Source: a bacterium (GTDB lineage: Bacteria; SAR324; NAC60-12). Taken from it: a stretch of 25,276 nt of DNA. Of the stretch, positions 11,341 to 21,686 are shown one piece after another (within the stretch, counting starts at the first letter, position 1; each line of letters opens with the position of its first letter). Location: positions 1 to 25,276 of the forward strand of contig CBDDTI010000291.1 of NCBI GenBank assembly GCA_965233585.1, given 5' to 3'. The notes beneath the pieces are model-generated. The model saw only the letters and a program-made list of their open reading frames with translations, made no database searches and was not told where the DNA came from. Made by a program: the position numbers and the translations under genes.

Positions 11341-11500
11341 AGTAGGCCTGGGAGGCCATGGAACAGCTGACGATGTTCAATGGAGGGGGAGATGAGAGAG
11401 GGAGGCCTCAACTGGTAACAGTCAAAGAGACAGTCGCAAGACAGACAGGTATGGAGAAACCTATGCCCCTCATGGGGTGAAAGGGAATAAGTCAGTCATT
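11341..11500 (+). mobile_element. 3' remnant of an RTE-clade LINE
   Basis: One frame reads SRPGRPWNS*RCSMEGEMREGGLNW*QSKRQSQDRQVWRNLCPSWGERE*, matching the RTE C-terminal 'GRP..TW...E....G..W.....QDR..WR' pattern, followed by a short AAGTCAGTCA tail. Confidence 0.7.
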
Positions 11501-12578
11501 CATGATGTCAACTGGTACAAATAAATCAAGAAGTTTCTAAAAGTGAGTGGTGAAGTTAACAAGACAGGTCTTCTTGTGCCCAGTGGGGCCTTAAAGTTTC
11601 CAACGAAATGGCCGAGCCTGGACTGGACCCCTAGGACCCTCCCCTCCAAAACCTGAGAACAGTATATCTCTGTCAGCAAGCTTCAACTGTAAAAAATTGG
11701 AGAAATCCAATATTTAATTATAGTTACTGATCATTTTAGAATGTTTTAACATCATGTACTTCTGACCTAACATGCTGGAAAAGTTCACCACTCGTCCTTC
11801 AGCTTTTTTAACAAGTGGAAGGAAAGTCTTAGTGACTTCAATTAAGCCCCAAAGATTGACATCGGCAATTTGCTTGAATTCATCCAATGGCATCCATTCG
11901 ATCAATCTAAGACTTGCCACCCCAGCATCGTTGACCACACCCCAAAGGCCTGCAAACCAATCAAGATAAACATAAAGATTTAAGGAAAACATGATAAATA
12001 CATCAGTCTTTAATTAACAGCAGTGAAGCTCAGAGATGGATCTGTCCCCCTTTCTCCGGAACAATATTCTCACAGGGTCAAAAATTCCCCTTCCTGTCGC
12101 TTTGCCTCCTATCTCCCTTTTCTAAAGCAGATTGTTAGCATACTGGTAACCTGAGTGGTACTTCAACCCATGCGATATTTGGGGTTGGTATTTGGGCAAC
12201 TGACACTAATGGACACCTGATAACCTACATGTAGCCATACCCACCCCCTAAGGAAAAATGTTTTCCTTGAGAGGAGGGGGTGGGGCTAGGAAGAAGAATC
12301 CTGGATCTACCCCTGGTACGGCTACATGTAAATTTCACCTATGGAAACAGATCTGTCCTAAAAACTTTAAGAACTGTTTTCATTCCATTTGTTCCCATGG
12401 AATCTTATGGTTAGAAGTGCTACCAATTAAACAAAGACTAAAACAATGATTAAAAATGCTCTTACCTTCCGACACCAGGGAAGACAACAATTATCCCCAC
12501 CCCCCTGCTAGCTTCCTGTTGATGAGGTTAAGTCAAAATTTACAGACAGACAGACAGACATGTTTACTTGGAGTATTA

Positions 12579-12960
12579 GGCCAAGTAAAAAAAGCATGTT
12601 TCTCATCCCTGCCCGCTTTATTTTTTGGCGCCACCTCTCTTTTTTTATTATTTTTTATGAGCAAAAACCAACAGGTGTCACTTGTAAAGCCCATTGCTGC
12701 TGTGTACACACCAAAATAATGTAAATTTTCACTGTTAACCCTTTGGGTATATCAAAGTTAAGGAAACTTGTTTTTAATCAATATCTGATGTTTCGTTTTA
12801 TTAATCTTTGACCTAAGAGCTCCAACGTATCCCTGGGGGAAGGTAATAATGTGTAAAGAAAGCATGCAATAGGAAATAATAAATAACAAAAAAGACTGCC
12901 CGCCCGCTCTCTTTTTTATAGATATCCGGACGAGAAACGTGGTTTTTTTTTTACTTGGCC
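12579..12960. mobile_element. Zator-like MITE
   Basis: TTA|GGCCAAGTAAAAAAA...TGTTTCTC ... GAGAAAC...TTTTTTTACTTGGCC|TTA, with subterminal GCCCGC motifs. Confidence 0.85.
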
Positions 12961-13039
12961 TTATACAATAAATAGTATATTGACCACAATTTCCAAATAA
13001 CTAAAAATTACAAACAAGTTGTTAATTAAGCTTACTTAA

Positions 13040-13626
13040 GGTGACTCGACCCAGTTTTTTTGGGGGGGTACCATCCTACTTTGAAGCTCTCTGGTATTTG
13101 CACCTTTACTTTTATCGTAAGTCCAACACATAGAATGGATAACATATAGATCAATCTACAATGTAACATAAAATTTTTGGCGATCGGAGTAAATGTCACG
13201 TGGTTATAATGCAACGCCCCTTTGAGGTCTGAGTCGAAAATCTGCTGTTGCTGGCATTTTTTCGTGAAAATCTCTCGGCTACATATAGTACGCATTAGTG
13301 CCTTGCGCTGAACAGAGTCTCATCAAAATCGCAAAGACCCAATTCGAGAAATTCAGCAGTTTCCAAATTTAGGTCATAATTTATGCGAGAATGGTAAGCA
13401 AACTTTACACAATTATATCTTATAAACTATGAAGTTGATCCCTTTATTTTGGGGATCGTTATGACAGATGGGTCCTTGCAAGTCAGCAAAAAGCTTTAGG
13501 GCCTTGTAAATGCACGCGATTTCGAGCAAAGCAAACATATAGAAATTATAGTTTTAGCTATTTGTTGACGTTTGTCAGTGTTTAAGAGTCCTTCTCACAA
13601 AAAAAGCTTTTTCTTAAAAATTCGTC
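13040..13626. mobile_element. Kolobok-like element left portion, no right terminus found
   Basis: Begins TTAA|GGTGACTCGAC. No complementary end is seen downstream, and the sequence style changes abruptly after ...CTTAAAAATTCGTC. Confidence 0.5.
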
Positions 13627-13879
13627 CACCAACATGTCGCATTGTTTGTGCGACGATCATGCCCAACACAAAACTGATATTCAATCAACAAACGACATCA
13701 TTCGCATCACAAGCAAAATCAACAAACCGTAACAAAGAAAGCAACACATCTTGCAAAAAAAAAAAATTTAGAAAAGAGTAAAAATACCAGGTACTATCCC
13801 TTCCAATTAAAAAAAAGAAAAAAAAGTGACATAAAAGCACATGTGAGCAGAGCTCAACCACAGTCAGTAAACAAATTAC

Positions 13880-13945
13880 CTTGCCACGGAAAGTGAGTGG
13901 CTTAAAGCTGCCCCAGATCGGAACAAAGCAGCTCGCCAGCAAAGC
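13880..13945 (-). CDS. PNPLA2: Patatin-like phospholipase (PNPLA2/ATGL/brummer-like), coding exon 2
   Basis: gtgtgcag| ALLASCFVPIWGSFKPLTFRGK |GTAATT; 66 nt, phases 0/0, equivalent to the 22-aa [22 protein letters not shown] exon of human PNPLA2. Confidence 0.88.
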
Positions 13946-14414
13946 CTGCACACGTAAGTACAATGATGGGATGATGAGAGAGGAAAACAAACCACCAGAG
14001 GGGGCTACTCAACACACATACACACACGCGCGCGCGCGTGCACACAATAACACACAGTGAATGAAGCTGGTAGAATCCAAAATGGAGGATCTCCCGAACT
14101 GAGTGAAATCTGCTTTTCAAGGTTTCATCAAAAACTGACTCCAAAGCAAGAAGTTGGACACTTGTCGTTTGCTTCCTCTTCTTAAAGCAAAACAACAACA
14201 GGACGCACACGGCTACCTGCCTGTACAGGTCCACCCTCGTTAGCATGATTCACACATGCACGCACCCTCTGTAGTACACAGGTTTTAGTATGTCCCAGTT
14301 TTCGCCGATGGAAAACCTATGCAAAAAATGTTTGGAATTCGGTGATTCGATAGCATGCAAACCCCAGTCACAAGTATTGATTCTCTAGTCAAAAAGAACA
14401 ATTTCCCCTGGTCA

Positions 14415-14447
<33 letters not shown>

Positions 14448-14573
14448 CCACACTTCCACATGATCATTCATAGGTACATTTACACCCACAAACTCGATAA
14501 CACGTAAAAAACTGCACCCCCCCCCCCCTCACCCCATTGAGAAGTAATGTCACATGCACGTAAACCTCGTTAA

Positions 14574-15708
14574 AGGAAAACTGCACTCCAAAATCATAAG
14601 CTCTGATATGAAAGATTTTTTTCCGTAGAATCCAATGGTGAAGGTCCGAGGTCGAAATTCGAACGGGAAGACGGTCAAACAGACGGTCAAAAATGGTCGA
14701 AAAATCTCGGGTGACGACGCCGCGCGGCCGGCATGAGTCACTGGTGCCAGGCGTCAGCAGTTCGCGGCTGCGTCCCGATTCTGATCAATCCCGAATTTGA
14801 TGCCGCGCTCGACCGTGACTCGTGTGTGACTCACTGAATGAGCTCACTGGGTACACTGACATCTGACAATCTTTTTTTTTTTTTTTTTTTTTTTTTTTTG
14901 TCGTTTCGTGAGTGTTGTTTGACAAGACAGTGACAGCATACAGAGTGTGACAGAAGGTACATGGTACAGCGGAAGAAGTTCGATGTTATCCTCAGATTCC
15001 TAGTTCAAGACTAAGTTGATAGATATCAGCGAACGAAGCCACCCAAACCCGATGCATCGCAGTTCGTTGTTCCAGCGCGACTTCCAAAACCGGTAATACT
15101 AGTAGGTTCGGGTGGTCTTTCTTCTTCGCGGTTTGACGACGATGTGCCAGAAGTCAACTGCACATGAACAGCGTCGTTCTCGTGGAGAGTCAAGGAAGCT
15201 GCGCTTTGGTTCGAATCGTACAGCTCCAAAAATTTGACAGGATGGACAACATGATCTTCTCAGTCCACCTCAACCGATTGATTGACGAGAACACACCATT
15301 GGAGCAGTCCACGATCGAAACTTGCCTACAAGAAGCCTACAAGTACCAGAAAGTTACGAAAATTTCCTGTGACATCGGGGTCAAGGTTCGAAGCATCGTG
15401 ACTGGACTGCGTCACGCTGATGAGCGAGATGACGATCGCAGTCATCGTCGTGTCAGCATCATGTCATCACTTGACGCGGGCTGATTCCGCCTGATCACGA
15501 ATATCTTGATTCAGTCGTGTGACCTTGCCATGATTGCGAGGTGGCACCAGTGTGGCACCATGACGTCACAAATGGTCTCACGTGCCAGTTTTCCGCCGTC
15601 TGTTTGACCGTCTTCCCGTTCGAATTTCGACCTCGGACCTTCACCATCGGATTCTACGGAAAAAACTCTACCATATCAGAGCTTATGATTTTGGAGTGCA
15701 GTTTTCCT
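14574..15708. mobile_element. Kolobok-type non-autonomous element with long (~115-bp) TIRs
   Basis: TTAA|AGGAAAACTGCACTCCAAAATCATAAGCTCTGATATG...GGTCAAACAGACGG ... CCGTCTGTTTGACC...CATATCAGAGCTTATGATTTTGGAGTGCAGTTTTCCT|TTAA. Confidence 0.92.
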
Positions 15709-15896
15709 TTAAACATCTAAAAACTCTGGAGACCCGAAGATTGACCTGTTTTACTGGAGGCCTTCCAGATTTTGACGCTAACCACAACTAAAAGAAAAAA
15801 AAGAAGAAAAAAATGGTCGGAACAGCTGTTCATAACAGAGTCATATCCTCCATCAGCATGATTCAAGACAGCAGCCACTGGCACAAACTTGTAATC

Positions 15897-16118
15897 TACT
15901 GTAAATCCAGAGTATTTCGTACGTACTAAATTTTCGTATGCTGGGGACCTCCGACCTTTCGTACGCATTAAATTTTGGTACAGCCGCAAACCGCTATGGA
16001 CTCTTGACTTGCTTTGAAGGTTTAGTACGCATTATATTTTTGTACGGAGGCCGCCACGTACGAAATATACAAAAAGAAAGTGCATAATTATGCAATATTC
16101 TGGATAAATTTTACAGAA
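15897..16118. mobile_element. Degenerate TACTGTAA-type MITE
   Basis: TACTGTAAATCCAGA ... TCTGGATAAATTTTACAGAA, with repeated internal CGTAC/GTACG motifs. Confidence 0.6.
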
Positions 16119-16812
16119 TTGCCCCATCAGGGGGGCTCCATAGGCAATATCAGATCTCTGTCTGGCAGTCTGCTCGTCTTTCTAGCTTTATGTACTTCGG
16201 GCACGCGGCGGTGTGCCTGTGCCAGTTGTGGGCGCTTGATAGCATCACGGTGGCCAAAGCTCGTTTTCCAAACGTATTTTGTCACTTTCATGTTTCACTG
16301 CCGGCTTTGGACAAACACACTGTTGGATACTGTCAGCCTCACAAAGCTTTAAAAAGTCTCTGTGCAAGGTTGAAGTTCCTGCGTTTCTCTTTCGTTTTTT
16401 TTTTTCAAGCTTTACCATGTGGTGATCGAACTTTCCGCGTCCAAGCACAAACTCGCTGTACATGTCTCTGCTTTGACTCGAGATCGCAATCTAGATCTAT
16501 GCGCGGTGCGGGGTGTTCCTGCATTTTTATTTTATTTTTTTCAGTAGAGTGTTCACTCTGTTGGAGTGGCGCTCGCATGGACAGCCTAATCCAGCGCTGA
16601 TACTGAGTGATAAACTTCAGGCTGGTGCCAGGAGCTGTGTCGAGCTGTTGCGTCGGCATCTGGTGCAGACGACTCTTGCATGCTTGATGTCGTCTTTCGA
16701 AACAATGGTTGCAGTTTCGGTCTGCGAATGCCATCAGATATTCACTGAGTGGTGAACAACCTACTTCAACATTCACCTCACCAAGTGGTAAATATACGGA
16801 GACAAATATTAA

Positions 16813-17806
16813 CCCGTTGAGTGCCACATGACGGATATATCCGTCATCAAAATGATCATCTCAGTGGCCGTATGACGGATATATCCGTCATGGGTGAAAG
16901 ACAAGTTGCAGGCGTGGGAGGGACTCGGCTACTCTGGAATGTTTTGGGCCAGGCTATCGAGGGACGATTTTCGTTCGAAGCTCGAAATTATCTCTTTCCT
17001 TTCCAGAGCTATGTCCGTTTCGAAGAGTTTTTCTGTTTCCCGCGCTTTTGAAAGATTTGGCGCCAAATGTTCAAGCTCTGGGGCTTTTGGTTTCGACGAT
17101 GTTTTGGGGCTCTTTTTGAAAACTCCGCTCCGTCACCGGGCATTTTTTTCGAACTCTGACTATGACCACAAGTATTTCTTGAAATTTCCTTTCTTTTTTC
17201 CAAAGCAGAGCTGGTTTTACTTGCCTGACAGCTATGGCGATCCCAAGTCTGAGCAAAGCACTTTGGTGATGGTACGTCGAAAACTAGAATGGAAACTCGA
17301 CTTCCGGGCGTTGGCGAGATCGACCGCAGAAGGACCATCGATCGTCGTCGCGATTGGTACGAGTCGTGTGCGATGATCCATGGTCCAGAAGAGAAAAAAA
17401 CACAAGGAAGTCAGCGTGTGATTGTGAGAAGGCTCAGCCCTTCATCATCTACAAACCAGCGAGTTTTGAGGAGCCGGTTTCCGAGACCCGACGTCGCTAC
17501 CGTTTCGCACTTCGCTGTTTTCGCAGGACGGTCAGGCTGCAGCGCGGGGAGAGCGAAGAAAAGCAGTCATCCGTGACATTTCCGGTGTTGATCACTGAGG
17601 CGTAACGAACTTGAGTGCACCGATCTGGTTCACTGGACAGGGGCATTGCACCGTTTTTCGTCACATGATGCAATTATCGTTGTTGGTTCTGTGTTGGAAA
17701 GCCACTTTGACGGTGGTTTTACCCCAGACCAAGAAAAAGAGATCACTTTCAAACGTTGGCCACCGGGATACCAACTGGCTGAAATCTTGGCTTGGCACTC
17801 AACGGG
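16813..17806. mobile_element. piggyBac-type non-autonomous element, 994 bp
   Basis: TTAA|CCCGTTGAGTGCCA ... TGGCACTCAACGGG|TTAA, a perfect 14-bp TIR. Two copies of the palindrome ATGACGGATATATCCGTCAT near the left end. Confidence 0.92.
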
Positions 17807-17920
17807 TTAACAAGTAGTGAGCGACCGGCTCCAACAATCCACTCCTCTGAGACAGTGGAGGCCATCTGTAAGAGACTTTCGCAGTCATTACTTCGAAGAA
17901 GGAAAAACTCGAAATGGAAA

Positions 17921-18840
17921 TACTGTAATCCTGGAAATTTTCGTAAGCGATTAAGGCAGGACCCCCTCCCTTGAGGCTATTTTAGTCATCTTTGGTCGTA
18001 GAGCCTTAATTTTTTTATTTGTTTGAAAGCTCTTGGAAAATTATGAAAAATGACACCACTTTTGTGTGCATGCGCAGTAGTGATCACCTTGGAGACGCAA
18101 AAATGTCGAAAAAGGGCACCTCGCTTCGTCGAATTTAACTTTTTTACGAATGGCAATAGACGAAAACGGTTGTCGCAGAATGAAAGAAGGGCAGATATAC
18201 AAAATTTGCCTCAAAAATTTTAATTTTTGCCTGGGGACTAAGTTATGATCTTTCAAAGTTTAGTGATGATTTTACCCCGTTTTTTCTACTTTGAAAGACC
18301 ATAAGTAAGTCCCTGGGCAAAAATTAAAAAATCTGAGGCAGCTTTTGTAGCCAGGAGCATGCTGAACAAGTGTGCCAAATTTCATGGAGATAGTCCAAGC
18401 GGTTAAAAAGTTAAATTCAATCTCGCGAGAGCGATTGAACTTTCGGAGACGGCCGATTTTGTGTACAACTTTGTGTAGAAACCCTATACAAACGAGCAAC
18501 TTCGGTGGCGCATTTGACCAACTTTTCCTTTGAAATTTTTTATGCAATTTTCACACAAGATGCCTCTCTACTTTTCCTATACCATGGTGCAAAAAAGTCA
18601 AAAATGACCAAAAACTCAAATCATGGGGGGCCCTGCCTTAATTTTCGTATTATTCGTAAGTTCTTGGAGTTTATGAAAATTAATAGCTTAGTAAGTTACT
18701 AATAAAATTTCCAGGATACAAGTGTACTGTGAAACACTCCCAGTTATGAAAATTAGTAGCTTATGAAACACCATCCCCAACATCATCAATTTATGAAATT
18801 AAATTGCAAATAGCTTACAAAAATTTTCAGGATTACAGTA
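17921..18840. mobile_element. TACTGTAA-type MITE, host of a nested insertion
   Basis: TACTGTAATCCTGGAAATTTTCGTAAGC ... GCTTACAAAAATTTTCAGGATTACAGTA, with internal TTATGAAAATTA.TAGCTTA subrepeats. Confidence 0.85.
17955..18637. mobile_element. Kolobok-type non-autonomous element nested in the MITE above
   Basis: TTAA|GGCAGGACCCCC ... GGGGGCCCTGCC|TTAA. Confidence 0.88.
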
Positions 18841-19068
18841 AACCTTTAATAGAGAGATGGGATTCGAAATGTCAACTGCTTCATCAGAAATCGTTGAACT
18901 TCCACATTGGACATAACGAAAATACGCATTCAGAAGGTTGAAAAGCCTATTTCTGTCTTGGTTGAGATTTCCTTAGTCGTGCGCTGTTGGTGCACATCGT
19001 GCACCAGGTCAAAACTTGAAAGATCTTGAAAAGCATTTTTTTCAACGCACTGTGAACATCGGCCGACA

Positions 19069-19280
19069 TACTGTAATTTTACAAATTTTCGGTGTAGTTT
19101 TATCTTCGGTATTTTCGGTGGTCAATGGTTTTACCGAAATTAAAGAGACACCTAAATGAGAAAAATACATGGAGCGATCACGGCAGCATCCACGGATACC
19201 GAAATTAAAACGAGACCGAACGCTCCGCGATCGCTCGCCACCGACATTTTAACGCACCGAAAATTTGTAAAATTACAGTA
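19069..19280. mobile_element. TACTGTAA-type MITE, perfect 26-bp terminal inverted repeat
   Basis: TACTGTAATTTTACAAATTTTCGGTG ... CACCGAAAATTTGTAAAATTACAGTA, with internal TTCGGT/ACCGAA repeats. Confidence 0.92.
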
Positions 19281-19526
19281 TGCCTCTTCCTGTGCCCTTT
19301 GTGCTCGTGCGTACCTTATCCTCGGCATACTTTCCTCGCCTGCAGCGTGAGAAATATCTCACCTTGGTGCACATGCAAACTTGCAATTGGGGCACAGGAC
19401 TCGGCAAACATCAATCGATCAGTATTCATGTGTGATCGGTGAATAAAGTATATTTTATTAGTCGAATATGTATTGGGCTCATATGACATTACACAAAAAC
19501 ATAACATGCAAACGCCCTCGACTTAC

Positions 19527-19925
19527 CTGTATAAGATCTGGACGAGATTCAAATTCGGACACCAGGTGATTCTTCAAACCCCGCCAAGCTGTCAACGACA
19601 CGAACAGGCGACCACTGGCGAGTTCATGAGCGTCCTCGGGCAAAAACGACTTCAGCGTTGATTCTATATCACCCATCATATCGAAAAACGGACTGAAGTT
19701 CCTCAACCAACGACTCTGGGTGACTCTTGCTGAGCGCAATATCGACTCAATGACGGAGTCCACAGACATCCCACAGGCAAGCATCATGGCAGCCAAACTG
19801 CCAGCGGAAGCACCAGCGATCCGCTGCAGAGATCCGACCAACTCCGGGGCGTGCTCTCGAAGGCATTGCACAACACCCAGATGGTAAAGACCAGCAAATC
19901 CACAGCCAGAAAAGGAGATATTCAT
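19527..19925 (-). CDS. PNPLA2: Patatin-like phospholipase (PNPLA2/ATGL/brummer-like), coding exon 1
   Basis: MNISFSGCGFAGLYHLGV (oxyanion hole) ... GASAG (nucleophile elbow) ... LPEDAHELASGRLFVSLT ... VSEFESRPDLIQ |GTAAGT; 399 nt, phase 0. Orthology within PNPLA1-5 is not resolved. Confidence 0.92.
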
Positions 19926-20467
19926 CGTGTGTGTGTGCAGACGGGAAATGGCTTCACCGTCACTGCGCTGTGCTTTCGATCCGTCAGCTGGAGCGCATCA
20001 TCTTATCTGAGGACTAAAACTTGAAAATCGACCTAACATACAACGTAAAACGACTGGTCAGTGCAGTTCCATCTCTTTGAACATACTGCAGAGACCTTCC
20101 GACGACGCTCAGATCTGCAGGGTGACGGACTTCGTCGAAGGTGTGCCAAAGGAGAGTGATCGGTGTGCGGCGGCGCGCGGCAACACGACGGATTTTTCTT
20201 TGGCACCGGCGGCGACAAGAATGCAATGACGTCGACGCCATTTTCTCGATCAACCCGCATGCGCCATTATGTGTTTAACGCGCGCAGGGTATCCACAAAA
20301 AGGGGAATCACCCTGAGTACCTTTTGATGTGAAAGAACAGTCGTGATCGGCGTCCCCAACCCCTTTTGCAGAACTTCGACGTTTCTCTGCTCGTCGAGAA
20401 CTGCCTGACAGGCGCAAAGAAGTCGTTCAGCGGGGAGTTTGGTGAGGTTTGTACTCAAATTTTGTTA
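19926..20467. promoter_or_regulatory. Putative CpG-rich bidirectional promoter and 5' UTRs between PNPLA2-like and BCL3-like genes
   Basis: Divergent start codons ~0.55-0.75 kb apart and dense CpG. Near-kappaB motif GGGGAATCACCC at 20302-20313. Confidence 0.45.
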
Positions 20468-20524
20468 ATGCCCGTGCACCCGGCGTCGTGCTGGGCCGTC
20501 GTAAAGACTGTGTGCCAGACGCCG

Positions 20525-21686
20525 ATGGCCTCTCGCTCAGAATGCCAAGCCGCAGAGCAGGAGGGCAGCCGGTCGTCCCCTCAGCCTCAGGCTTGCGGGT
20601 CGAGCGAACGAAGTTCGAAGCAACAACCCAGTGGAAGCGTTAATGACGAGTCCCCGGCCATGGCCGTTGCGAAGTGCTCGGGATCGAGCAGCTCGTCAGG
20701 CGTAAAGAGGAAGTCAAGAAGTGGATCTCCGCAAACTTTCCGAGAGAAGAAGCGTCCCAAGCTGGGGCGCACCGAGGACAGTGCTCCGGAGAAGGTCGTT
20801 GTCCTGCAAGCGGTTTCCCGAGCCATTGGGACCGTTTCCGACGAGAACGGCCGAAGCGTCGACGACTGACCGAGCGAAGCCTGAAGCTCGGCCCGGACCG
20901 GCATCGAGCTCTGGCGATGTGGATAAGAACTTCAGTCTGGCACGGGAGAGCCTGGTCTTTGCCACCGAGTGCCACTTGGCAGTGCTGCAGGACGAAGATG
21001 GCGACACACCGCTGCACCTCGCCGTGGTGCAGGCACACAAACACCTCGTGCACCATTTGGTCTACCTGGTCTCGCTGTCCAGTCGGAAGGTGGACATCGC
21101 CAACAAACTGAGACAGACCCTCTGCACCTGGCGGGTGATCACGAACCAGGCAGATCTGGTACGACTGTTGCTGGCCAACAAGGCCAGCGTCAACTTGCCC
21201 GATCGATTGGGTCGCACTGGCCTGCACCTCGCTGCGGAAAGAAATTACGGCGAGTGCGCCGCAGCGTTGCTGGAGTCGCGCGACATCCAGCTTGAAGTTC
21301 GGAATTTTGAGGGGTTCACTCCTGTGCACGTCTGCGTGTTTCACAACAGTTTCACTGCACTGCAGCTGTTACTTCAGGCGGGGGCGCTTATCAACCCCCG
21401 TGACGGGAAGAGTGGACGTACCCCCTTGCATCATGCAGCCGAGACTGGGGCTGGCCAAATGGTACAATTTCTCCTCGCGCACGGCGCCGATGTGGACGCC
21501 ACAACGTATGCAGGCAACACGGGCTCTGCACGCGGCAGCGGGCGAGGGCACGAGCACATAGTTTCGCTGCTTGTGACGGCCGGTGCCGACCCACGCTTAC
21601 AAAACACCGAGGGTGATGTTGCCGCTGACCTGGCGAAGAAATCCGTTGCGGCGCGCGACGTGAAAGTCGGTGGCGGGCATAGATAG
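20525..21686 (+). CDS. BCL3: BCL3/IkB-family ankyrin-repeat protein, apparently intronless, with frameshifts in this sequence
   Basis: DEDGDTPLHLAVVQ...VDIANKLRQT...DRLGRTGLHLA...LEVRNFEGFTPVH...DGKSGRTPLHHA...TYAGNT...SGRG...GAD matches the BCL3 ankyrin array. The N-terminal Ser-rich part with an NLS-like KRKSR...KKRPK lies in a different frame (ATG 20468, 20525 or 20660; stop 20869). The start codon is uncertain. Confidence 0.85.

Noticed and set aside
12466..12520. Possible upstream SDR exon ending LSSLVSEG|GTAAG
   Set aside because: There is an in-frame TAA just upstream and no SDR motif; probably a chance donor match.
13620..13640. Minus-strand MLVD as the start of the lipase DGG exon
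   Set aside because: It has no nearby splice acceptor and continues VDEF, not VDGG.
11767..13945. A lipase-dehydrogenase fusion gene, since both are on the - strand and complementary parts are missing
   Set aside because: The lipase exon ends in phase 0 and the SDR exon begins in phase 1. Both domains would lack essential motifs, and a mis-join explains it better.
16828..16891. CRISPR-like repeat-spacer-repeat
   Set aside because: Only two repeats, inside a TTAA-flanked transposon end, in eukaryotic DNA with no cas genes.
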